A stretch of DNA of 64,000 bases. Source: Callorhinchus milii (Eukaryota). The stretch is taken from assembly GCF_018977255.1 (NCBI RefSeq), contig NW_024704743.1, forward strand, positions 115,570,001 to 115,634,000. The letters are read 5' to 3'. The notes under the pieces are model-generated. The model saw only the letters and a program-made list of their open reading frames with translations. It ran no database searches and was not told where the DNA came from. The first letter of the stretch is position 1. Each line of letters starts with the position of its first letter. The position numbers were made by a program, and so were the translations under genes. Positions 13,010 to 24,405 of the stretch are shown here, piece by piece.

Positions 13010-15013
13010 GTAAGTAAACATTAGCTTTTTCAGTAATTTGCCAAGTATCATGGTGTACAGTTTCATCAATAAGTTTCTTGTAGTTATAATAATAATCCAT
13101 CCATATAATATAGCATCTTATCACATCTTTGAGACATCTTAAAGTGCTTCATATACTGTAAAATGAATTGGCTATATATTTTGTGGGCTAAAAGTTAAGT
13201 AGATAAGAGTGGTTTGCTTTTTGTTTTTTTTGTTTTTTAAAAAAGGCTGTGGCCAGATGATTGTGTCTAGTGTCAAGTTATGAGGGTAGTAATTATGAGG
13301 GTGATGTGTGCTGATAGACAATTATCTGTTCTAAAAATAGGTGGGTGCCTGATCCTTGAACATGTGAATACCAACCATCCATCATATTTTGTGATCTGTA
13401 TAATCTGTGGGAGTTGCATCTGTCATCAGCAACTATAAGTTGCATCTGTATTGTGTATCAGTAACTATTGGAGAATTACAGGTCAACCCAATTAAGTCTC
13501 TCTCTAACTGCACTTAACAGAAATGTGGCACATTTCTGACATGGACTAGATAGCTCTCTACACTTAAAATATAGCCAATGATCGTCAGGCCATGATCATC
13601 AACATCAATGCAATGTGCACATACACTATAATAATAATTATCCTTGATTTGCATAGTGCTCTTCATGTCGGGAGGACATCCAAATGTACTTCACAGAATG
13701 TATCATGAAGTGGAGTGACTGTGTATTTTTGGGGCAACTCGAGCAGCCAATTTGCACACAGCAATCTCCCACAAACAGCTTTTACTTTTACAGGATATAA
13801 TTTCAAACACGTTGAGATGCTACTCGAGATACTTACATGAAGAGTGCAAGTTTCTGTTGTGTTTCATTGTTTGGCCTTCTCATTGCCCCGTTAGATACAG
13901 TTAGAATTCTAAAAATGAACATCCTTCCAGTTGTGTAAAATAACAGCTTTCATATAGCCCCCCTTCACATTGGGTAACATCTCGGTAACATTTCCATCTT
14001 AAAATACACAGGTACCTCATATTCGGGATCTAGATCAGTTTAGAGCTAAGCTTTGGAGGTGAGGAATAGAATCCATTGCGCAAAAGGACCATGAACACTG
14101 ATATACCCACTAACGCCAATGCTTTGGTGTAGAAGCTTTGTCTCCCAATGGCAAAGCTTGTTCCTGGACAGAATTGTCTATTTAAGCATTTATTTGCTTT
14201 TTTTTAATCCCAACGCAGCTGCATATTATAACATAGTATGTTTCGCTCACAAAATATACAGTCAATTCACTGTGAAGTGTTTTGAGACATGTCAATGACG
14301 TGATAAGGCGCTATTCAAATACAATAATTATATTATTGAGTTGTAATAGTTGCCCTTTTGTTGCTTTTTGTGCTTTTGTAAGTTTACAAATTACACTTTG
14401 CCTTAAATCATATCCTGGAAACCTGTCTTTTGCTTTTCTAAATGAAAACAAAGGCATGCATTTACAACACAACACAGTCTCTTTTGCTTATGTACCTACA
14501 TTTTATTAAATGCTACATTTATTTAAAGGGAATTGATTATATTTAATTACATTTAATTAAACTTAAATTTAATTTGTCCACAAAATACAGTCAATCAACT
14601 TTACGATATATTCTGTGAAGCGCTTTGAGACATCTCAACAATGTGATAAGGCGCTATATCAAATGCAAGGATTATTATTTATCTTGCATTTAGAAGAGGA
14701 GGTTTTATGTTCATTTAGTTTTGTTTTCAATTGTGCTGCTGTTGCAGAGCAGATATCCAGTTCTTGGCACAAAATGTGTTCAGCTTTAGTTGAGCTGTGT
14801 TGAATTTCTCTGTGTATTGCAACATGCTGGATGTTTTCCATTACTAGTTCCACCCTCTGTTGCTTTCCTATAGTAGCTCCCAATCACAGCAATGTCCCTG
14901 AATAGAGAATGGTACAACCCTCCCAATCACTATAGTACTCATTGGGCGGAAAGCAGGAATTTCATAGGAGACAGAATGTACAACATTCATCGGTTCACAA
15001 ATTCATTTTTCAG

Positions 15014-15066
15014 GGTATCAAACAGTGAAAAGCAGGGATTGAGGACTCGGACGGTCTCAGTCTCAG
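15014..15066 (+). CDS. PTK2: PTK2 linker exon (VSNSEKQGLRTRTVSVS)
   Basis: tttttcag|G GTA TCA...TCA G|gtagga, 53 nt, phase 2/1. Compare mammalian LANSEKQGMRTHAVSVS. Confidence 0.95.
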
Positions 15067-18000
15067 GTAGGATTTTAGGATTAGTTGGGCTTCTTTGTTT
15101 TTTCATGTTTCTTTTTCTCTTTAAACCAGAATGTAAGCAATGTAACATACTAGAATCGAGTATGCTGCTTTAAAATGTAATGTTTCCATTTCACATGTTG
15201 TGCAGAAGAAGAAATAACGTTGCCTCTTGTGTGTTACCAAATTGCTTACGGTTAACCTTTTGCATTTTTATAACAGGATTAGGAAAGAAGGGGGGAAAGC
15301 AAGTTGCAGTTTTAAAAATTCTTGTCTTTCTGTATGGAATCTACATGGTTTTTCACACAAGTAAAATAATTCTCATGATGTCTTGTGCATTGTTTTGCAT
15401 ATCAAATACACTGTGGATCAAGTTGTGTAGTGCAGCAACAAACTACAGTGATCTTTATTTTCATGGGTTGTGCGATTACTGAGTGCCAATAAGATCAAAC
15501 TGTTGTCAACATTCTTTTAAAATAGTTGATAGTAATTAAACTTGTCCTACAACATGAAAGCACAAAAATTAATTCAAACCATTTGATTATTTTAGGAGAG
15601 TCATATTAGTGTAGCTTTTTTTAAAAAAAACTAAAACTTGTAGGATGTAATAGGGTCAAATGTTGCATATTAAAGTATGTTTGAAGTACTATTTTCTCTC
15701 CCTCTCCCCTGAATTGCAATGGCTTTACAATGGTGCATTTGAATTTTACCAGGAGGAGAATGAGTATCTTTGTAACTAAGTGACAAGTGGCAGTGATCAT
15801 TAATTAATGTACAGTGAGGAAGCTTTCACAACAGCTAGAGCCAATAAGCCCCAAGCAACATTAGCACAGCCGAATACAACCAACATAAAAAGTGTTCTCT
15901 CTGAATGTCAGAAGGCTGCTTCCTACTTTCAGGTCGATCACAGTTGAATGTTAAATGCCAGGCTACTGAGCACAAGTAAGAGTTTATTGAAGTTTGAGGC
16001 AAAACACAGAATGAGCAGTGTGTTGTGACCTCAGTGTTAAAATGATGGTGAGGCCCAGCTCTGTGTGTGAAAGAACTTCTTGTGTAGCTATTGCATTCAG
16101 CTTTCTTTCACTGGAGTACTGCAGGAAAGCATTAACTCTCAGCTGTCTGAACCCATACTTTAGAGCCTCTCAGGTGATGGCAGAATACAATTATGTAAAA
16201 CAAAGTAAGGAGAATAGTGCTGGTATTTATTGGCTTATCGGTAGCAAATATCTTCCAAATCTGTTTCAGATTTAATTCAAGCAGTGCTTGATAGTGCAGT
16301 GCTTTAAGTTCCAATAAATCATTCTGGTTTTCCTCCACCATCTCATTTGCTCACAACAGTCATTGGCCTCTTAAGTTTGGAGGTTGGCTTTCGTGTACTA
16401 CATCTGCAATAACAACATGACTGATCACTGTTATAGCTGAGCAATGAGTGAATGTAAAGAATATGTGGGGATTTGTGCTACTGTTGAGCCGGGAGTGCTT
16501 GTGATTAATGCATAGGGATATGTGCTGTCCATCATTTTCCTCCCTTGAGATGAGCTGCATCCTGCCTATTCAGCCCACACAATCACTAACGAACCTCAAG
16601 AGTTGTAGAAGACTTAAGTATCGAGCAGTTCCTGGTACTTGAATAGTTCTGAAGTCATGTCAGTTTATCTTCTTTACTATCACAGTATCTAACAAGTATT
16701 ATTTATAAGGTCTATACGGTGGCAGAACAAAAGTTATGAATCATGTAAATTGATTCCCTTTATTACAGGAGATGTTACAACAATTTGTAACAGATTTTAT
16801 GAAACTAAAAACATTTGTAAATGAGAAGTGAAACTACATTCAAGTATTTGTGGTAAGATAACCCCTTGAGGCCATCTGAGATCTCAGACTTCAAAGATTT
16901 GTTGATGACTATAAATTACGGTTCTGCCATTAAACTGACCCACTATGATCTAAGCTATGTGTCACAGTGCGGAATCACAGAAAGCTGAGGAAGCTCGAGA
17001 GATGTGCCAGTGATGACTGATACTATTATTTTATGATCTTATAACTGCACTGTGGCTGTAAGCTCAAGGGGCCAAATAACTTCTTCCTTTCTACCACATA
17101 GCCCTAGAAATGTATAATTCAATAGGAGGCCATTCAGCCCATTTTTTTAAGTTCATTTCTATGGCATTCAAGGGAAAACTTTTACGGAGAAAGCAATGGC
17201 ATGAAATCCATTGATAGTTTATTAAAGAGATCAGATAGAAAGAAAGAAACCAATTGTACTCAATCCATTATGGCTGTCAATAACAGATCTTAGTTAGCGT
17301 TGACTCGGTTCTTTGAAGCAACTGAGATGGATGATGAGCATGAGGAAGGCATTGAGTTATGATATCTTTTTGCTGATCAGAAGGTTTGATTTAGTTTTAA
17401 AAACATCTGCCTTGTTATCCTGTGTGTAACTCACTTGGCCCCACTTTGGTGAGTGAGCGAGCCATAGCTGGTCAGAATGAGGGAATCTTAACTTTCCACT
17501 TCCTGGTGGACACCTTTTCTGCCAATCCTTTTTACTCAGTACCAACTTATCAACATGTAGAATTTTAAAAATGCTAAGTGGTTGGCCAATAGGGTTGCTG
17601 GAGGTAGCAAAGAGATCGGGCGAAGCTGTGGAGGGATTTCAAGGTGAGGAAGAGGATCTTGAATTAGATCTGCAGGGTAATCCATTGATAGATTATCTTT
17701 ATTAAACTATCCATAGATTTCATGCCATTGCTTTCTCTGTAAAAGTTTTCCCTTGAATATGATGTGCCACGTAGATCTGAGTCAGTGGAGCCAAGCGAAC
17801 AGAGGGTTGATGGGCTTGTGGAGCCTGGTGCAGGTGCAGTTGATGCAATTAATGCCTGAGGTGAGAAGTGCTGACAGGAGCCAAGCAGGAGAGCCTCAAT
17901 CTTGTTGACATGGAGTTGAAGAAAGTTGAAGACACTTTGATATTTTCAGTATAACTAGAGATAGAAATATTTTGGTATCTCCAGATTATAGTATTTAAGG

Positions 18001-19512
18001 GAATTCGGTAAAATGTATTATTCCCTTCTAATTGTCTGGATAGAAACCAAATTCCTTAGATTATAAAATTACATGCTTTATTATCATCTGCTTTATTTCC
18101 CTTACTGGATACGGTGTATCTATCAGTTGCTTTATTTAAGTAAGAAAACATTAAGTTATAAGGAGTGAATGAAAAAACAGTCAGTGCAAATTTTAAAACA
18201 AATGAATTAAATCTGCCTGAATTGGGTTGCTTCTGGTACACGGTGTTAATATCTTTGTTTCGGGGAAACTGAACTGTTAACTCTTAAATATTTCAGTAAT
18301 TTATGTGGCAAAAAAGGGATGGAATAGTGTATAATAAGGAAAGAAGTATTGCAAGAAAACTTCTTGCTATTAATCCATTGTGAATGTCTTGCTAAAAGAT
18401 TAAAATGTGAAAATGGCTCTGAATGTTAAAAGAACTTGAATAAGGAGGTGTGTGTTCTCTTTCTCCAAATCAAATCCCTTCTCCTTAACTGGATCTGATT
18501 TGAGATCCTTTTTTTTTCATCCAACTTGCTTTGACATTCAAATATCAGTAAAAATCGATAAAGGTAATCAAACTATTCAGATATCTTCTTGAATTGGTCT
18601 GTACTAACCCACAAGAGATTATTTCATTTAGTGTTTTATCTAATCAGACACAAGATTGGTTTAATGCTTCTCAATGTTGGGTTTAGTTCAGACTGTTGAT
18701 CATTCACAGGGTTCTCTGAAATATGTGCTGGTGCACCCAGAGAAACAAAGTGATGTCCTAAGTATGCTTTCAGAAATGTTTTCATCAGTGGGGAAAAGAA
18801 AGTGCCCATCAATAAAGATAAATGCACATCTAATGCTCTCAGCTAATTTTTGAAATTCAACTTTCTCCCACAGGAGTCCCTTACAGGTTTGTGGCGTTTA
18901 ATGAGCTGTGCCTTTTCTGCTAGCCCAATATCTTGATATGATTATGAGAGATGATCGTCAAATATAGGGAAACAATGTGCACAGAGTGTGTGAAATTGGA
19001 GAACATACATAGGGAGATTATGAAGGCAGAAATCAGAGCTGTATTGAAGGCAAGGAGTGTAGATCAATGATATGGTGAGTTTAACAGGAAACATGATAGA
19101 AAAATGTATGAAGGGAAAGTTGATATCTATATATTTAAAAGTATACAAAATATTGGAGAAAAAATATTAAGATGAGAATATAGGAGAGAGGAGTAAGGAA
19201 ACCCGAAACACTTCATGATAATTCGTGCCCAACTCTCCCTCCCCCCTCCCTCCACACACACACACACAAATGCTGACATTATAAAGAGCCAGTATAATAT
19301 CGCAAGCAACTAGATGAAAATATATACCTTTGATAAAAAAACTTTGAAATTGAAAGGAGCTCATTGTCTTTGCTGCTTTCTGTGTTTCTTGAAATGCTTA
19401 CTGAAGTAGCTCCCTAATGATATTATACACTAGTCAATTCTCAAAAGTCTTGAATCTTCTATTTGTCCTTCTTGATTTCTATTCTTTCCTTTATGCTTTC
19501 TCATTACTAAAG

Positions 19513-19596
19513 GAGTGAATAATTGCCAACCCAGAGTTAAGAAAGCCAGGCGCTTTCTACTACCTTTCATCTTCTGTTCTCATCGCACAGCCAAGG
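19513..19596 (+). CDS. PTK2: PTK2 alternative cassette exon, box 28 homologue (GVNNCQPRVKKARRFLLPFIFCSHRTAK)
   Basis: A pyrimidine tract precedes aag|GA GTG...AAG G|gtactg. 84 nt = 28 codons, phase 1/1, open frame. The VKKARRFL..FCS core matches the mammalian box 28 peptide as I recall it. Confidence 0.88.
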
Positions 19597-21372
19597 GTAC
19601 TGGACTGCTGTTTCATTTTATGAAAATATAATGGAGAATTGCCTTGATGATTTTAATATCACTCTGCAGTCTAACCTCTTTGTGGTTCAAATTGCACGCT
19701 AGACTTTGAACTCCATTTGCATTTTTGGTGTTTGTGCAGATTGTTATCTGGCATCTTTATATGTACTTCATTACCTTAGCACAGCACCTCAGCACACCAT
19801 CTGATCATTTAAACTATTCATGTAGTCAAAGTTGATTGATGGTTAATTTTTTGTTGTTGTTGATGATTATGCATGTATATAAAAAAAATGTATCGATTGG
19901 TGAAACTAACATGTCAGAAACAAAAGGCATGCTTTTAATCATTGTTTTAATAGAACGACTTGCATTTTTACTGGTATTTGTCTTGAGCTGAAAATAGTAA
20001 TTTACTCTTGTCATTCACAAGGATTAAAGAGGGATCCAGTATATAAAAAGGGTGGGATGGGGGTGGGGGGCAGAATAGCTCCTGCTAATCTAGAAAAAGC
20101 ATGGTAAATGGTAGGATGGTACCGTTATGGTGACGTGATGCACATATGTTGAGTTGCATTGAAGCAATGTATATTTTGCATGTTTTGCAGGTTGCCTTTA
20201 ATACAGTTGATTGCCTGTAGATTGGCTGAATTGTTTCTGCAGTGCCTGTTCACTAATGCTCTTGTATTAGTCCCTCCGTTTTATTCTTCTTTTTGGTCAA
20301 GTTCTTGTTCTACTGTGACACTGCTAATTTCCTATAAGAAGTTTCCAAATGTTTATATTCTGCAATTTGCTGTTTGTGAAGACCTTTAGAAGGGTAATAA
20401 TTCTGTTTGTTTTATTTAAATTGAAGGTCAAATGTCGGAAAATGTATCTTTTTACAGATTCTTTGAACAATATTGGTTTAGAATTTGATGTGGTGTTTTC
20501 GTCAACAATGGTTCCTTTCAAAGCCCTGGATACATGAAGCACCTTTTTAATACTTAAGCTCTCTCTTCTTGTACATTAATGAATCACATGTGACAATTGA
20601 TGTGCATTGCACACATTCACCTTTTTTTAAAAAAAATCCTATCAAGAATATTCAGCAGTGTTTAATAGTTTCTGGTTATCACAAATTAATGGGTTGTATG
20701 ATCAATGCTACATGCTGTTTAGTATTTTCTTGGAGATCTGTGTTGATTGAACATTTAATTTTCTCAGCCTTCCATTTTACTTTTATTTTCACTGTTCATT
20801 TTAATTCTTCCCATACCATACAATTCCCGGCTAAGGAAAGAGATGCAGGCAACCTGTTTTGAAGCCTCTGCCAATAGTGACCATCAGGGTTTGTATGTAA
20901 GAAGCCTAGGGTAACTAGACTTCCAACTTTCCTTTCCGCCTCTGTGAACCTAAACCCATGTTAAGTTGAAAGACTTAACTGTAAGCATTCCAACTGAAAT
21001 GGGTTTGAGTTTCCTCAACGCAGTTCCTAGCGGGTACCAAAGTACAAAGGACCCTTGATGAAAGAAGTGAAAAAATTCTCAATGATGCTTCTCTCCGGTT
21101 TAAATTAAGGTATACTTTTAGGGCAAAGAAGAGGGAGCTTCATTGTACCTGAATAGGAGTACTGTACTTGATCATGAGTGTGAAATGTGGTAAAATGTAC
21201 CCACCTCAAACTTTTGAAAACTAAATTCATAATTTCCTTTCTTTTCTTACACTTTTTATACCTATAGGATTTGTCAATACCTGTTGGATCTTACCATTGT
21301 GATAATAATCCACTTTTTCTCCTTTGTTTCTCTTTTGCCTCTCCTTTCTCTGCATGCTTCCGGGATACACAG

Positions 21373-21390
21373 AAGAAATTAGTGGGGACG
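21373..21390 (+). CDS. PTK2: PTK2 microexon, box 6 homologue (EEISGD)
   Basis: A long pyrimidine tract and TGCATG precede acag|AA GAA ATT AGT GGG GAC G|gtaatg. 18 nt, phase 1/1. Mammalian box 6 is DEISGD. Confidence 0.92.
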
Positions 21391-22404
21391 GTAATGGCTG
21401 TGTTTCAAATCAATATCTAATTGAAAAGAATTTGAACTTGCTAACATGAATGTCCAATTTTAGAGGTTTTTTTTAACACTTGGTTTTTGATTGTAGAAAA
21501 GGTTCAGTCCAACTTGTCTAAGTATTATCAGGTAATTAGCGTTAAAGCTGCCCATTGCTTTTGAAAACGCACACAAAAAAAAGTTTAAAAATTGTAGATT
21601 TTCATCCAAAAATGAAAGCTTTGTATATTTTACCCCTTGATATTTTGAGTGACTGAAGAAAACAAATTTGGAAGTTGATTTGTTTATATTTTCTTAAGTA
21701 AGGATGATTTTAAATCTGTCACAAAATGAAATAAATTATGGGTTGGTGGGAGAACGAAGTGATGCATTGGGTCAAGGTACCATCTTTATTTCCGCAACCT
21801 TGGTTCAAACCAGTGCAATTGTCTGTTTGGCGGCTGTAAGAGTCCTATATGAAAGCATTTCAACAGTCTCACTGAATTCTGTGCTGTGGGAAGGGGCCAT
21901 GGATCTGCTGCTAAATTCAATGCTTAAATTACAATCCCATTCAGACTGTATGGTTGATGTGCAAAATTAATATTTTCAGTGATGTATTCAAATTGCTTTC
22001 CTGAGTTTAGGATTAAGGCATATTGTTGTGCAGAATAGCTCTGCACCAAACTGGCCTGGAAGTGTAAGGCAACAATAACTTGCTTTCCTAGTGGCAGCAC
22101 GTTCCCTTTTACAGTGTTGAGATTTCGTGCCTCAACGAGCCCAAAAAATTACCAATATAATTCCAGCTTGTGAAAACAAATTGCATTGTATAAATATGTA
22201 AAGCTGCACAAAGATTATATTCATATATATGGATGTTCACAAAAACAAGTTGGACTGCATTGCCTTCAATTTTGTTCCAGCTTTGATAAATATGGAAACA
22301 TTCCAGCAAAATGATTCTCACTACACCAGAATGACTTATATTGAGGTTACTTTGCAGTCATTTTGGTCATCTGGGGTATAGCAAGTATTGTCTAAGGCCT
22401 TTTA

Positions 22405-22715
22405 AAGTGACAACAACAACAAAATTACATTTGTATAGTGCCTTTCACGCCGGGAGGACATCCCAAGGCACTGGACAAGCAATATTTCAGACCCGAGTTG
22501 GGGGTCGGGATCAGGGAGGGTGGAGGGCAGGGGGGGAAGGAGGATGACCGAAGGCACAAACAAAGAGGCGGATCTTGAGATGGGTCTTGAAGGAGGCAAG
22601 GGAGGGAGCGAGGAGGAGGGAATGCGGGATGGAGTTCCAGTGGGTGCGGCCAGAATGCCTGCCAGTGGTGGGGCGGGCGAGGCGACTGACGTGAAGCAGG
22701 CTGGAGCTCGCTGAT
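22405..22715 (-). mobile_element. L2 LINE 3' end
   Basis: (aac)n tail followed by the reverse complement of the 4760-5057 sequence. Confidence 0.9.
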
Positions 22716-23334
22716 GCAGCATATGATCATTTTAATCCACAAAATGAATTTCTCTTTGAACCGAATACTCTTCCTTAAGGATCCAAAATGATGTCACCTC
22801 AACTGCAAATAAGGCTTGAAATAACCTGGTTACTTGTAATGGTAGTATTCTAGATACAGTATTGTATCGGTCACTAATGTGGTTTCACATTTAACATTTG
22901 AATAAGCTGTATAAACTCATTTTATTGTTGACTACTGTGGAGCATTTAGAATATTTATTTTCAAACGTTTCTGTAAGGTTTTGCTTCTGCAGCAATGGAT
23001 TGATATCCAACCGTTCCTAGTGACACTTCAAATTATTTTAAGGATCCATAGGAAACCTTTTTAAAATGCATTGTATTCTCCGATGTGAAAAAATGTCACT
23101 GTTTCAACTGGAAAGGGATATCATAGGCAGTGAAATATCCTAATAAGTTTTGATTTCCAAATGTCAGTGCAGTGGAGAAAAACACATAGTGAATTACTGT
23201 TGTTATCAGTGATTTGAGACCTCTTACTATAAAGTCTAAAAGACTAAAAATCTTCAAGAAAAATAGCCCTTCATGTTCCCAGCAAAATCTTTACACATTG
23301 TTCAAAGAAGCTTATTTTTAATTATCAATAGCAA

Positions 23335-24405
23335 AGGGGTTTGGGAGCATACAAATCACTAAAAGCAAGCTCACAGGTACAAAAGGTTAACAAAAAGGCT
23401 AATGGAATGCTGGCCTTTATCTCAAGGGTGCTGGACTGTATAAAGCCTTGGTCAGACCCCATCTAGAGGACTGCATTCAGTTTTGGGCACAGCTCCTCAG
23501 GAAAGATATATTGGCTCTGGAGAAGGTGCAGTGCAGATTCACCAGAATGATACTAGGGCTAAAAAGGTTATTATGAGGACAGGTTGCAAAAAATAATCCC
23601 TCCAAAAAAGTAATAATAATTAATAATTTGGTCCCTCAATGACTGTTTGTGGGACACAGATGTGCGCAATTGGCTGCCGCATTTCGCTCACAAAATGCAC
23701 AGTCAATTCACTTTACAGCGAAGTGCTTTGAGACATCTCGAAGACTTAATAAGGTACTATATCAAATGCAAGGATTATTATAAACGTGGTCTGTATTTTG
23801 TTGAGTTTAGAAGGTTGAGGAGTGATCTAATTGAGGTTTTTAAAATAGTAAAGGGATTGGATAATAATAAATAATAATAATCCTTGCATTTTGATATAGC
23901 GCTTTTCATGTCTTCTCGACATCTCAAAGCGCTTCACAGAATAGACTATAAGTGAATTGACCATATATTTGTGGGCGATTGGATAGGAACAAAGGAGTAG
24001 GCCATTCAGCCCTTCGAGCCTGTTCCACCATTCAATTAGATCATGACGGATCTGTACCTCAACTAATCCTTTCAATTCCACACTTTCTCCCCATATCCTT
24101 TAATACCCTGACTTAGCAAAAATCTATGAACCTCACTCATGAAGGTGTGGATGGATTCAGCATCCATGGCCTTTTGGGGGAGAGAATTCCAGATTTCTAC
24201 CACCGTTTAAGTGAAAAAATGCTTCCTGATTTCACTCTGAAATGGCCTGGTTCTAATTTTAAGGTGGACAAATATTTGTTAGGGTATCAAGGAATATGGG
24301 GCAAGGGCAAGTAATTGAAATTGAGGTACAGATCAGCCATGATCTAATAGAATGGCAGAACAGGCTCAAGGGTTTCAATGGCCTACTCCTGCTCCTATGT
24401 TTCCA
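23335..24405. mobile_element. CR1 fragments interrupted by SINE tails, ending in an inverted pair of CR1 3' ends
   Basis: CR1 peptide RRLRSDLIEVFKIVKGLD; SINE tails at 23594-23780 (+) and 23863-23980 (-); CR1 3' ends at 23983-24260 (-) and 24260-24400 (+). Confidence 0.8.

Noticed and set aside
13331..13340. Perfect MEF2-like site CTAAAAATAG
   Set aside because: A single AT-rich 10-mer in 64 kb of AT-rich DNA is expected by chance, and there is no supporting cluster.
15277..15360. Possible exon after a good acceptor (ataacag|GATTAGGAAAGAAG)
   Set aside because: The GC-type donor gives 22 nt (frameshift) and the in-frame 84-nt option has a very weak donor (CAA|gtaaaa). I cannot recognise any homology.
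21268..21390. Upstream acceptor extending box 6 to 123 nt
   Set aside because: It hits an in-frame TGA after 11 codons, and nothing beyond the AG and pyrimidine tract supports it.
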